Below, in pieces: positions 28,685 to 42,873 of a stretch of 64,000 nucleotides of DNA. The number at the start of each line of letters is the position of its first letter. The stretch's first letter is position 1. Source of the DNA: Escherichia coli (GTDB lineage Bacteria; Pseudomonadota; Gammaproteobacteria; Enterobacterales; Enterobacteriaceae); assembly GCF_002854065.1 (NCBI RefSeq), contig NZ_CP024147.1, one strand, 5' to 3'. The translations under genes were made by a program, and so were the position numbers. Under the pieces are notes generated by a model. The model saw only the letters and a list, made by a program, of their open reading frames with translations. It had not been told where the DNA came from and did no database searches.

Positions 28685-29287
28685 TTACCGCAAAGCCCAC
28701 GCCATCATACCCAACGTAACAAAACTCAGGCACGTTCCCCACTCACTCCACTTCCGTATCTGGCTTCTATTTTTGCTACGCCACTGGCAATAATATCCCA
28801 ACGCAAAACCAAGCTGTGCGCTTATTGGACCGATAAAATCCGTCCACGGCTGAGGCCAAAATGGCGAAAAATTCAGGGGTAGCCAGACAACAAGCAGAAA
28901 GAAATTGCGGATACTTTCCAGCAACGCAATTTTCGCTGGCGCGATGTAAAAAATGATATTCCAGAGGATCAACCATAAATAGACCGGTGCGAATACCAAC
29001 CAACAATGGAGCCTGCTTTTCAATTCAGATTGAGTTCTACGAGTAAATTGCCAACCAACGCAACACATTACACAGAAGAAAAGCGCATATTCAGCCGATA
29101 ACCAAAGTTGTAATTGCAGAAGTGAAATACGCCTGATCATGAGCGGGATTGAGAACAGCATTTCCCCCAGAAAACTCAGCGTGATAATACAAGCAGCCAG
29201 CGCAACCACCATCGGCCACACCAACAACGGCACAATAACAAAGCCGAGAAATAACGGATAAATATAAAGTCTGATTATATTCATCAT
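28685..29287 (-). CDS. Polytopic inner-membrane protein, unknown function (200 aa); third gene of the PstS-like operon
   Basis: Hydrophobic ORF MMNIIRLYIYPLFLGFVIVPLLVWPMVVALAACIITLSF... with about 5-6 predicted TM segments; ATG overlaps the upstream gene's stop by 1 nt. Confidence 0.6.
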   Translation of the reverse strand: MMNIIRLYIYPLFLGFVIVPLLVWPMVVALAACIITLSFLGEMLFSIPLMIRRISLLQLQLWLSAEYALFFCVMCCVGWQFTRRTQSELKSRLHCWLVFAPVYLWLILWNIIFYIAPAKIALLESIRNFFLLVVWLPLNFSPFWPQPWTDFIGPISAQLGFALGYYCQWRSKNRSQIRKWSEWGTCLSFVTLGMMAWALR

Positions 29288-30279
29288 TATTGTCCTGATG
29301 ATTCGGGGGATGCTTCATACAGCAGCACATACCCCACATCCTCTACCAACTGTTGCCCCTGCTGACTTATAAACCAGTCAACAAATTTCTGCGTTTCCGG
29401 CGTGGGATTTTCACGCGTCACCATATAGGCATCCACAATGTATGGATAAGTGCCGTTGCGGATATTTTCCTCGGTAGGCGCAACGCCATTTATAGCCAAA
29501 AGTTTAATCTGCTTGCGCATTTTGAGCATATTGTCATTCATACGAGTGACGTAATAGTGGAAGGTGTACCCAATGGAAGATGGCGTGTTTTGATAGTCGG
29601 CAACTTCAGTAATTAAACCGCCCATAAGATCAATCACAGTAGATTTTTTAGCTGGCAGCATTGGGGTGTCTTGCATAACCAATCCCTTCATAATCGTTTG
29701 GCTTCCAGAATCTTCAGGGCGCTGCCAGACTTTTATATGTTCGTCACTACCACCTACTTTATTCCAGCGGCTAGTTTTGCTGCTAAAAATATCTTTAACC
29801 TGGTGCTCAGAGAGAGAATTTACCGGGTTATTAATATCAACGATAAAGACAAAGGCTTCGCGGGCGAAAGCGGTATATTTCAGTTTAACACCCGCTTCTT
29901 CTGCACGTTTTTTCTGTCCTTCCGACGGTTGTGCAACAAAAATAACCGTCGCGGAACCTTTAATCAGACTATCGTAGGCTTCAGCTGTTCGGGTTTGCTG
30001 CAAACCATACGCCTGCCAGGCCAGCGAGGTTCGATCCTTATCTTTTGGCTCGGGTACTAATTTATAATACGCGGAGGCATACAGCGGGTATAAGGCTGTA
30101 GCGCCGTACACTCTCGGCCATCTTGACCAATCATCGCTGTAACGTAATGCAGGTTGCCCCCGCAGAGACGTCAGTCCATGGCTCTCTTCTTCCCTGACGC
30201 TGTTATAGTACCCTTCCCGGTCGACACATCCCGCCAGTAACGCCGTGCCTAATAGTAAAACACCGGTGAATTTATTCAT
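29287..30279 (-). CDS. PstS-like (PBP_like_2 fold) periplasmic-binding lipoprotein (330 aa)
   Basis: ORF 29287..30342; start set at MNKFTGVLLLGTALLAGC (lipobox LAGC); PstS-like motifs GATALYPLY, RPEDSGSQT, SIGYTFHYY. Confidence 0.7.
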   Translation of the reverse strand: MNKFTGVLLLGTALLAGCVDREGYYNSVREEESHGLTSLRGQPALRYSDDWSRWPRVYGATALYPLYASAYYKLVPEPKDKDRTSLAWQAYGLQQTRTAEAYDSLIKGSATVIFVAQPSEGQKKRAEEAGVKLKYTAFAREAFVFIVDINNPVNSLSEHQVKDIFSSKTSRWNKVGGSDEHIKVWQRPEDSGSQTIMKGLVMQDTPMLPAKKSTVIDLMGGLITEVADYQNTPSSIGYTFHYYVTRMNDNMLKMRKQIKLLAINGVAPTEENIRNGTYPYIVDAYMVTRENPTPETQKFVDWFISQQGQQLVEDVGYVLLYEASPESSGQ

Positions 30280-30304
30280 CTCGCTGATTCCTTTCTCTCG
30301 AGCG

Positions 30305-31822
30305 TTATTCCATTGTTGGATACAGCGGCACATATCCCACATCTTCTACCAGACTCTGCCCCTGCGGCGTTAAAAACCATTCGACCAGTTTTTGTGTTTC
30401 TGACGTTGTATTTTCCCTCGTTACCATAAAGGCATCGACGATATAGGGATATTTGCCGTTGCGAATATTTTCCGCAGTCGGTGTAATACCGTTAATCGCT
30501 AGCAGTTTTATATTTTTATCAGCATTCATTTGCGTCGCGTAATAGCGGAAGGTATAGCCTATTGCGTTGTTTGTATTACGGTATTCGGCAACGACTTTAA
30601 TCATTCCCTCCATCACGCTTGCCACTTCCATTTCCTGCGGCGAGATCATGCGGACATTTTTCATGACCTGTGATTGCATCACTGTCTGGCTGCCAGAGTC
30701 TTCCGGGCGCTGCCAGGTCTGGATCTCCTGATCGTTACCGCCAACAGTACGCCAGTTGGTAATTGCACCACTGAAAATGTCACGCACCTGTTGTTCAGTC
30801 AGGGAATTAACCGGATTATCCGCATTGACGATGAAAACGAATGCTTCACGGGCAAAGGGGGTGTACAGCAAAGTGACACCAGATTCCTTTGCACGTTTTT
30901 TTTGCCCACCGGAAGGTTGCGCCACGAAAATAATATCAGCATCGCCCTTAACGATTTTGTTATATGCTTCTGGCGTACGAGAGTTTTCCAGATAATCCCA
31001 AACGTGAAAATCCTCTGGTATTACACTTAATGCATAAAATGCAGAAGCATAAATTGGGTACGCAGCCGTGGCGCCATCGATTCGCGGCCAGTTTTGCCTA
31101 AACTGAATTTGCGGTTTGCCACGCAGCGGCGTCAGTCGATTATTGAGTTTATCGGGTTGCCAGGCCCAGATATCAATATTTTCGCGTACACCGACACCAG
31201 GATTGAGCTGTTTATATAAATAACCCTGATAACCAGCGACAAAACCAAGCATGAGAAGGATAAACAGGAGGGAATTACGGCAACGTAGCCCGGATGTACC
31301 GGTTAAAGGATGTCTGGTTGGCCGGCCGTACCCCAGCGAAAAACTGATATGCGCGCCAACGGGTATAATGACTATCCACCAGTACTCACCTCCGACTACT
31401 GAGACTAACAAAACGCCCAGCCAGGGGAGCATAAGATCAGCCAACCAACCCGATCCCATCTGGTGAAATTGATAATCTGCCAGATGCAGCGCGATTATCC
31501 AGCCAACCAGGATTAATAAAGCGGGTACTAAAAAAAGACATTGTCGCCAGACGGCTATTTCTCTTTTTTCTGGTGCACTATCGCCTGCCCATACTCGCCC
31601 CGAGAAAAATAGCATTAATGCGCCCAGCGCCAGCATAAAAATGTTGAGCAGAAGGTAAATTGTTGGCGTGATAAGGATATTACAAACTTCAATAATACCG
31701 GCAAGTCCGACACCCAGCATAGCAACAACCGCCGCCAAAAATTGCGTCAGTATGGGGATGCCGAAAAAAGTCATTACCAGCGAGGACAAAATCCATTTTC
31801 TGTTTTGCATTATTCTTTCCAT
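30305..31822 (-). CDS. Fusion protein: N-terminal polytopic membrane domain (about 190 aa) plus C-terminal PstS-like binding domain (505 aa)
   Basis: N-terminus hydrophobic (MERIMQNRKWILSSLVMTFFGIPILTQFLAAVVAML...); C-terminal half paralogous to the lipoprotein (GATAAYPIY, RPEDSGSQT, AIGYTFRYY); alternative start at 31810; TATAAT on minus strand at 31840..31845. Confidence 0.65.
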   Translation of the reverse strand: MERIMQNRKWILSSLVMTFFGIPILTQFLAAVVAMLGVGLAGIIEVCNILITPTIYLLLNIFMLALGALMLFFSGRVWAGDSAPEKREIAVWRQCLFLVPALLILVGWIIALHLADYQFHQMGSGWLADLMLPWLGVLLVSVVGGEYWWIVIIPVGAHISFSLGYGRPTRHPLTGTSGLRCRNSLLFILLMLGFVAGYQGYLYKQLNPGVGVRENIDIWAWQPDKLNNRLTPLRGKPQIQFRQNWPRIDGATAAYPIYASAFYALSVIPEDFHVWDYLENSRTPEAYNKIVKGDADIIFVAQPSGGQKKRAKESGVTLLYTPFAREAFVFIVNADNPVNSLTEQQVRDIFSGAITNWRTVGGNDQEIQTWQRPEDSGSQTVMQSQVMKNVRMISPQEMEVASVMEGMIKVVAEYRNTNNAIGYTFRYYATQMNADKNIKLLAINGITPTAENIRNGKYPYIVDAFMVTRENTTSETQKLVEWFLTPQGQSLVEDVGYVPLYPTME

Positions 31823-31894
31823 TCTTTCTGAATGGCGAAATTATACTCCCCGAGTCCCCTTGCCCCTTCTGGACACTTTTCCGAAATGATGGCG

Positions 31895-31921
31895 AAAAAA
31901 ACGGGACCCTTTGGCCCCGTT
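31895..31921 (-). terminator. Rho-independent terminator downstream of glgP
   Basis: Minus-strand AACGGGGCCAAAGGGTCCCGTT hairpin followed by TTTTTTT, immediately after the glgP stop. Confidence 0.7.
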
Positions 31922-31937
31922 CTATTTATTGGTGAAA

Positions 31938-34403
<2,466 letters not shown>

Positions 34404-35837
34404 CTATTTCAAGCGATAGTAAAGCTCACGGTACGACTTCGCCGCGACCTGCCAGCTAAAATCCATTGCCATAGCCTGACGTTGCACAAACCGCCACAGT
34501 GAAGGACGGGACCACAGTACAAAAGCACGTCGAATAGCCCGTAACAGCGACCAGGCATTACTATCTTCAAAGACAAACCCACTGGCGACGCCATCTGCAA
34601 GGTTCTCAAGAGAACAGTCAGAAACCGTATCAGCAAGCCCACCGGTGCGCCGCACTAACGGCAGCGTACCGTACTTCAATCCATAAAGTTGCGTTAAGCC
34701 GCACGGTTCAAAACGGCTGGGCACCAGAATGACGTCCGCGCCGCCCATAATGCGATGCGAAAATGCTTCGTGATAGCCAATCTGAACGCCCACTTGGCCG
34801 GGGTATTCCGCTGCCGCCGCAAGGAAACCTTCCTGCAGCACCGGATCGCCCGCGCCGAGTAGCGCCAGCTGCCCGCCCTGCTCCAGAAGGCCCGGTAAGG
34901 CTTCCAGCACCAGGTCGAGACCTTTCTGGCTGGTCAGACGGCTCACCACTGCAAAAAGCGGCACTTTATCGTCAACCTTAAGCCCCATTGCGATTTGTAA
35001 CTGGCGCTTATTTTCCGCTTTATCTTCCAACGTATCGCGGGTGTAACGCGAGGCCAACAGTAAGTCCGTCTCTGGACTCCAGATTTTCTCGTCCACGCCG
35101 TTCAGTACGCCGGAAAGACGCCCTTCACGGTGACGCTGTTGCAACAGACCTTCCATACCGTAGGCAAACTGCGGTTCGGTGATCTCGCGAGCGTAGGTTG
35201 GACTGACCGCCGTAATGTGATCGGCATAGTACAGACCGGCCTTCAGGAAAGAGATTTGTCCGTTGAATTCCAGCCCATGAATATTAAAGAATGACCATGG
35301 CAATTGGATGTCATTCATGTGATGTGCATAAAACATGCCTTGATAGGCCAGGTTGTGCACAGTAAACACCGACTTCGCCGGACGCCCGCGCGCCGCCAGA
35401 TACGCAGGCGCAAGGCCTGCATGCCAGTCGTGCGCATGCACCACATCAGGACGCCAGAATGGGTCAAGCCCGCTGGCCATTTCTGCCCCAACCCACCCCA
35501 GCAGCGCAAAACGCAATACGTTGTCGGTATAGGCAAATAAGTTGGTATCGTGATACGGGCTTCCCGGACGATCATAGAGATGCGGCGCGTCAATCAGGTA
35601 TATGCCAACCCCGTTGTAATGACCGAACAACAGCGTGATATGCCCGGCAAAGGTATCACGACGGGATACTACCTGCGCATCGGTCACGCCACGGCGAATA
35701 TCGGGAAATGCAGGCAACAGTACGCGAGCGTCAACGCCGTCTGCGATTTGTGCTGCGGGTAATGCCCCAATAACATCAGCCAGACCGCCGGTTTTAAGCA
35801 GCGGGAACATCTCTGAACATACATGTAAAACCTGCAT
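34404..35837 (-). CDS. glgA: Glycogen synthase GlgA (477 aa)
   Basis: 477-aa [30 protein letters not shown]... Confidence 0.96.
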
Positions 35838-37132
35838 TATCGCTCCTGTTTATGCCCTAACTTCCGTAGCATTTCGCGCGTTACCAGCACGATGCCTTCT
35901 TCTGAACGATAGAAACGACGTGCATCTTCCTCTGCGTTTTCACCAATCACCATGCCTTCCGGAATAACACAAGCACGATCGATGACGCAGCGGCGCAGAC
36001 GGCACGAGCGACCTACCCATACTTCCGGTAACAATACGGCGGAATCAATGTTGCAGAATGAATTCACGCGAACGCGCGAGAACAGAACGGACTGCACCAC
36101 CACCGAACCGGAGATCACACAACCGCCGGATACCAGTGAGTTAAGGGTCATCCCGTGGCTACCGGAGCGATCCTGCACGAATTTCGCTGGCGGTAATGAT
36201 TCATTGTAGGTGCGAATTGGCCAATTGCGATCGTACATATCCAGTTCCGGCACCACAGAGGCCAGATCGAGGTTCGCTTTCCAGTAAGCTTCCAGCGTAC
36301 CCACATCGCGCCAGTACGGCTCGGCATCCGGATCGGATTGTACGCAAGAGAGCGGGAACGGGTGCGCATAGGCCAGACCGGCTTCGGTGATCTTGGGAAT
36401 CAAATCTTTGCCAAAGTCGTGGCTGGAGTTCTCATCGCGATCGTCTTCTTCCAGCAGTTCATACAGATAGTCGGCGTCAAAGACGTAGATACCCATACTC
36501 GCCAGAGATTTGCTCGGATCGTTCGGCATTGACGGCGGGTTAGCAGGTTTTTCAACGAATTCGATAATTTTATCGTTCTCATCAACCGCCATAACGCCAA
36601 ATGCGGAGGCTTCTTCAATCGGTACTGGCATACAAGCAACGGTGCAACGTGCGCCTTTTTCGACGTGATCGATAAGCATACGCGAGTAGTCTTGCTTGTA
36701 GATATGGTCGCCCGCCAGGATCACCACGTATTCCGCTTTATAACGGCGGATAATATCGAGGTTTTGGGTGACCGCATCTGCGGTGCCGCGATACCAGTTT
36801 TCCCCTTTCATTCTCTGCTGCGCTGGCAGCAGATCGACAAACTCGTTCATTTCTTCATTAAAGAATGACCAGCCGCGCTGAATGTGCTGCACCAGAGTGT
36901 GGGACTGGTACTGGGTGATCACGCCCATACGACGGATCCCGGAGTTGATGCAGTTAGACAGCGCAAAGTCGATAATGCGGAACTTACCGCCGAAGTGTAC
37001 GGCCGGTTTTGCTCGCTTATTGGTTAAATCCTTCAGGCGGGTACCACGTCCTCCCGCCAGTATCAGGGCAACAGATTTCAATGGCAGCTGGCGCGCCAAC
37101 ATTAAGTGATCGTTCTTCTCTAAACTAACCAT
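35837..37132 (-). CDS. glgC: Glucose-1-phosphate adenylyltransferase GlgC (431 aa)
   Basis: ORF 35837..37168; start set at [33 protein letters not shown]. Confidence 0.95.
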
Positions 37133-37149
37133 GACTAACTCCTTTTTTA

Positions 37150-39123
37150 TCATCTCTGGAACACACACAATCCGTGTGCAGGTCCCTGCCAGACAGCCGT
37201 AATCACTGGGTTATCCTCTCCAGCGAATGGGGGAATGGCGTGCCACTCCCCAGCAGGTAAAACAATCTCTGTTACCTCAAGCGTGGCGTTAATTGCGATC
37301 AAAAAGCGATCCGAGAGCAGAATTTGCAGCTGTTTCGGCCCGTTTTGCCACTCATCCGTGCTTAAAGGTTGAGCATATCGATTTAGCCAACGGACATTGC
37401 CGTCGCCTTCTTCCCACCAGCGATTCTCCACCAAAGCGGGAATACGCTTGCGCAGATGGATTAACGCGGCGGTAAATGCGGTTAAACCACTGCTTGCCTG
37501 CGACCAGTCCAACCAGGTTAATTGGTTATCCTGACAGTAGGCATTGTTATTGCCATGCTGGCTGTGACCATGTTCGTCACCGGCCAGTAACATCGGCGTG
37601 CCCTGGGAGAGCAACAACGTTGTTAACAGGGCATGAATGCTGTCGCGCCGCCGTTCAACCAGATCAAGAGTACCGCCTAACCCTTCTTTACCATGATTGT
37701 TACTGTAATTGTTGTTGGTCCCGTCGCGATTTTCTTCTCCGTTTGCTTCATTGTGTTTATGGTTGAAACAAACGCAGTCGCGAAGCGTAAAACCGTCATG
37801 CGCGGTGACGAGATTAATCGCGGCACTCGGCAGACGACCATTACGTTTAAAAACATCGCTGGAGGCAGCAAAACGCCCGGCAAACGCCCCCAGAGGCAAA
37901 TCATAATGTAGCCAGAAACGACGGGCAGCATCGCGGAAATGATCGTTCCACTCGGCAAACAGCGGCGGGAAATTTCCCACCTGATAACCACCAGGAGCGA
38001 TATCCCACGGTTCAGCAATTAACTTCACCTGCGAGAGCACCGGGCAGTTCTGGATAGCGGTAAACAACGGCGCATCCTGACGGAACTCTGGCGTACGGCC
38101 CATGACTGCCGCCAGATCAAAGCGGAAACCATCGACGTGGCAGGTTTCTACCCAATAACGCAGGCAGGCGCTGGCATAATCCACCACCGCCGGGTGACTC
38201 AAATTGAGCGTGTTGCCACAACCGGTCCAGTTGTGATAATCGCCGTCTTCTCTTATCCAATAATAGCTACGGTTGTCGATCCCACGCAGCGAGAATAACG
38301 GGCCGTCGAGGTCCAGTTCCGCACTATGGTTGAGCACGATATCAAGAATGACTTCGATACCCGCTTTATGCAGTGCTTTGATTGCATCGCGAAACTCATG
38401 CAGCGCCGTTTCTGGCGAGCAGGCATACGCCGGATGCAGCGCAAACATCGCCACCGGGTTGTAACCCCAGTAGTTACTTAGCCCCATGCGTTGCAGACGT
38501 GGTTCACTGGCAAACTGCGCCACTGGCAGCAGTTCCAGCGCGGTAATGCCCAATTGTTTCAAATAGTTGATCATCACCGGATGCCCGAGGGCTTTATAAG
38601 TGCCACGGATCTCGACCGGGATCTCCGGGTGCAGGTACGTTAATCCTTTAACATGGGCTTCATAAATGATGGTGCTGCCCCACGGCGTGCGCGGCGGGGC
38701 ATCATCTTCCCAGTCATAGTGATCAACCACCACTACGCATTTCGGCGCAATGGCGGCGTTGTCGCGATAGTCAGGTTCATTATGACCGGCGTGCAGCAGC
38801 GGGTTATCTTTAAACTCCCCGTCAATTTGCCGCGCGCAAGGATCAATCAACAACTTCGCCGGGTTAAAGCGATGCCCCTCGGCGGGTTGCCAGGGGCCAT
38901 GAACGCGATAACCATAACGCAAACCCGGGCGCGCATCCGGCAGATAACCGTGCCAAATGTCGCCACTGTGCCCTGGCAAGTCATAGCGATGTTCCTGGCC
39001 ATTGGCGTCAAAGACACACAGCTCTACCCGCTCGGCATGAGCGGAGAAAAGTGTGAAGTTGACGCCCTGACCGTCGTAATGCGCGCCGAGGGGAGCGGGT
39101 TTGCCAATGGCGAGTTGTGTCAT
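37150..39123 (-). CDS. glgX: Glycogen debranching enzyme GlgX (657 aa)
   Basis: 657-aa [38 protein letters not shown]... Confidence 0.96.
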
Positions 39124-41306
39124 TCTGCCTCCCGAACCAGCCAGATAGTGGCCAGCGGTGGTAGCGTCAGGCTTAGTGAATGCTGACGACCGTGGCTGGC
39201 AATCTCATCGCTGTGTACCGTGCCGCCATTGCCTGCATTACTGCCGTGATAGTGCATGGAATCGGTATTGAGGATCTCACGCCATTTGCCTGGCTGATTA
39301 ATGCCGAAGCGATAATCATGACGCGGCACCGGCGTAAAGTTACTGGCAACAATGATTTCGTTACCCTCTTTATCGCGACGCACAAAGATCAGCACCGAGC
39401 GTTCTTTGTCATCCACCACCAGCCATTCAAAGCCGTACGGGTCAAAATCCAGTTCATGCATCGCTTTATGGTGGCGGTAGGTGAGGTTCAGATCGCGCAC
39501 CAGACGCTGGACACCGTGGTGCCAGTTATCGCCGCCTTCCAACAGATGCCAGTCGAGGCTGGCGTCATGGTTCCACTCGCGGCCCTGGGCAAATTCGTTC
39601 CCCATGAACAGCAGTTTCTTGCCCGGAAATGCCCACATCCAGCCATAGTAAGCGCGCAGGTTAGCGAATTTCTGCCATGCGTCGCCCGGCATGCGGTCGA
39701 GAATCGATTTTTTACCGTGGACCACTTCATCATGCGACAACGGTAGGACGAAGTTTTCAGTGTAGTTGTAGAGCATCCCGAAGGTCAGTTTATCGTGATG
39801 ATACTGACGATAAATCGGGTCGAGCTTCATGTAGTCCAGGGTGTCATGCATCCAGCCGAGGTTCCACTTGTACCAGAAGCCCAGACCGCCCATATCCTGC
39901 GGACGAGAAACGCCAGGGAAATCGGTAGACTCCTCAGCCATTGTCACCGCACCGGAAACCTGCTCACCAAGAATACGGTTGGTATTACGCAAGAATTCAA
40001 TCGCTTCAAGATTCTCGCGCCCGCCAAATTCGTTCGGGATCCACTCCCCCTCTTTACGGCTGTAGTCACGATAAATCATCGACGCCACCGCATCGACGCG
40101 CAGCGCATCAATACCAAAACGTTCAATCCAGTAAAGCGCGTTACCGACGAGGAAGTTACTGACTTCACGGCGACCATAGTTGTAAATCAGCGTGTTCCAG
40201 TCCTGATGATAGCCTTCGCGCGGATCGCTGTGTTCATACAAGTTCGTACCATCAAATTCGGCAAGCGCAAAGTCATCAGTCGGGAAGTGGCCTGGCACCC
40301 AGTCGAGAATCACGTTCAGACCAGCTGCGTGTGCAGCATCAATGAAATAACGGAAGTCGTCGCGAGTACCAAAACGGCGGGTTGGTGCATACAGGCCGGT
40401 TGGCTGATAACCCCAACTGCCATCGAAGGGATGCTCGTTAATGGGCAGTAGTTCGAGGTGGGTAAAGCCCATCCATTTAGCATAAGGCACCAGTTGATCG
40501 GCCAGCTCGCGGTAGCTCAACCAGAAATTGTTGTCGGTGTGGCGACGCCAGGAGCCCAGGTGAACTTCATAAATAGAGATTGGCGCATCAAACTGATTCG
40601 CTTTTTTGCGCTCTTCAGTCTGTACAACCTTTTCCGGCAGCCCGCAAATAAGAGACGCGGTTTCCGGGCGCATTTGCGCTTCGAAGGCATAAGGGTCGGA
40701 CTTCAGACGCAAGTTGCCATTGGCATCAATCATCTCGTATTTATAGAGCTGACCGTTATGCGCCCCAGGGATAAACAGTTCCCAGATGCCGCTCTCTTTA
40801 CGCAGGCGCATCGGGTGACGGCGACCGTCCCAGTAGTTGAATTGCCCAACCACCGAGACCCGACGGGCGTTTGGAGCCCAGACAGAGAAACGCGTACCTG
40901 TGACGCCATCCATAGTATCTGCATGCGCGCCTAAAGTTTCATACGGGCGCAGGTGAGTACCTTCAGATAATAGCCAGGCATCCATTTCCTGGATTAGCGG
41001 ACCAAAACGGTAAGGATCATCAATCAGGTTTTGCTGACCATGCCAGACAACAGCCAACTGATAGCGGAAAAAATTCTTACGTCGCGGAATGATGCCGCTA
41101 AAGAATCCCCGTGAGTCGAGACACTCCAGTTTTGCGAGTTTGCGCCCGGTTTTCGGTTCAATCACCCAGACATCGGTAGCGTCGGGTAAAAGGGCACGGA
41201 CTTCCAGTCCCGCGGTGGTTTTATGCATTCCCAGTACGGAAAAAGGATCCGCAAAATGGCCTGCAATTAGCGCGTTAATCACGTCTCTATCGATACGATC
41301 GGACAT
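39120..41306 (-). CDS. glgB: 1,4-alpha-glucan branching enzyme GlgB (728 aa)
   Basis: 728-aa [31 protein letters not shown]...; 4-nt overlap with glgX. Confidence 0.96.
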   Translation of the reverse strand: MSDRIDRDVINALIAGHFADPFSVLGMHKTTAGLEVRALLPDATDVWVIEPKTGRKLAKLECLDSRGFFSGIIPRRKNFFRYQLAVVWHGQQNLIDDPYRFGPLIQEMDAWLLSEGTHLRPYETLGAHADTMDGVTGTRFSVWAPNARRVSVVGQFNYWDGRRHPMRLRKESGIWELFIPGAHNGQLYKYEMIDANGNLRLKSDPYAFEAQMRPETASLICGLPEKVVQTEERKKANQFDAPISIYEVHLGSWRRHTDNNFWLSYRELADQLVPYAKWMGFTHLELLPINEHPFDGSWGYQPTGLYAPTRRFGTRDDFRYFIDAAHAAGLNVILDWVPGHFPTDDFALAEFDGTNLYEHSDPREGYHQDWNTLIYNYGRREVSNFLVGNALYWIERFGIDALRVDAVASMIYRDYSRKEGEWIPNEFGGRENLEAIEFLRNTNRILGEQVSGAVTMAEESTDFPGVSRPQDMGGLGFWYKWNLGWMHDTLDYMKLDPIYRQYHHDKLTFGMLYNYTENFVLPLSHDEVVHGKKSILDRMPGDAWQKFANLRAYYGWMWAFPGKKLLFMGNEFAQGREWNHDASLDWHLLEGGDNWHHGVQRLVRDLNLTYRHHKAMHELDFDPYGFEWLVVDDKERSVLIFVRRDKEGNEIIVASNFTPVPRHDYRFGINQPGKWREILNTDSMHYHGSNAGNGGTVHSDEIASHGRQHSLSLTLPPLATIWLVREAE

Positions 41307-41578
41307 GCTTGTCTTCCTGTTTTATTGTGTCACCCCATCCAATTGGATTTTTGACTTCTGGTTGTGACATTTTTTTGACCTGAACGGCGCAGCACTCTGT
41401 GCATCCTCTCTGCGTCGTCCTCACTTCAGGTAAGGCTGTGAATACTCATGTATTCAGCCACCCTTAAAGAATAGCCAATGCTCTATTTAACTCCCGGTAA
41501 ATCATGAAACATCTGCGCTTACTCCTGTATTACGCACTAACAGGGGCGGCATCGCGCCCCAGATTTAATGAATAAAGA

Positions 41579-42682
41579 TTACGCCAGTTGACGAAGCATC
41601 CGACGCAGCGGCTCCGCGGCCCCCCACAGCAGCTGGTCGCCCACGGTAAAGGCTGACAGGAACTCTGGTCCCATATTCAGCTTACGCAGGCGGCCTACCG
41701 GCGTGGTCAGCGTGCCGGTAACGGCAGCTGGGGTTAGCTCACGCATAGTGATTTCCCGATCGTTCGGAACGACTTTCGCCCACGGATTGTGTGCAGCCAG
41801 CAGTTCTTCCACGGTCGGAATAGACACATCTTTTTTCAATTTAATAGTGAATGCCTGGCTGTGGCAGCGCAATGCCCCGACACGCACACATAAACCATCT
41901 ACCGGAATTACGGAAGATGTGTTGAGGATCTTGTTGGTTTCCGCCTGCCCTTTCCACTCTTCGCGGCTCTGACCGTTATCGAGCTGTTTGTCGATCCACG
42001 GAATCAGGCTACCCGCCAGCGGCACGCCAAAGTTATCCACCGGCAGCTCACCGCTACGGGTTAAGGTTGTGACTTTGCGTTCGATATCGAGAATAGCAGA
42101 GGACGGGGTCGCGAGTTCATCTGCTACATGGCCATACAGATGGCCCATCTGGGTTAATAACTCACGCATATGTCGCGCACCACCGCCGGAAGCGGCCTGG
42201 TAGGTTGCAACGGACACCCAATCAACAAGATCATTGGCGAATAAACCACCCAACGACATCAACATCAGGCTTACGGTACAGTTACCGCCAACAAAAGTCC
42301 TGATGCCATTATTTAATCCGTCGGTAATGACGTCCTGATTGACGGGGTCAAGAATGATGATGGCGTCATCTTTCATGCGCAGAGACGATGCTGCGTCAAT
42401 CCAGTAACCCTGCCATCCGCTTTCACGAAGCTTTGGATAGATTTCGTTGGTATAATCGCCGCCCTGACAGGTCACAATGATATCGAGGGCCTTTAGCGCC
42501 TCCAGATCAAAGGCATCCTGAAGTGTGCCAGTGGTTCCGCCAAAAGACGGCGCAGCCTGACCAAGCTGAGAAGTAGAAAAAAAGACAGGGCGAATGGCGT
42601 CGAAGTCGCGCTCTTCAACCATGCGTTGCATGAGAACGGAGCCGACCATACCGCGCCAGCCGATAAAACCAACATTTTTCAT
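41579..42682 (-). CDS. asd: Aspartate-semialdehyde dehydrogenase Asd (367 aa)
   Basis: ORF 41579..42742; start set at [24 protein letters not shown]. Confidence 0.95.
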
Positions 42683-42873
42683 AAGCGTTTTTTCCTGCAA
42701 AGATGTGTGCTGTATAAATGTGCCGGTCTCCTCTTGGCACATCTTTCACCATACAAAAAGCAGCCAAAGTCGCAAGTGAAATTAATCAATGATAGCGAAG
42801 CCATCAGTAATGCGACTTATCCTGCTTTGTTAGCACGCAGAAAGTCCGCGGCAATTATCAGGGAATTTGAGTT

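Noticed and set aside
28518-28793. 91-aa ORF across the glpD-proximal REP elements
   Set aside because: It spans palindromic REP repeats and the 3' end of the membrane-protein gene on the other strand; likely a chance open frame.
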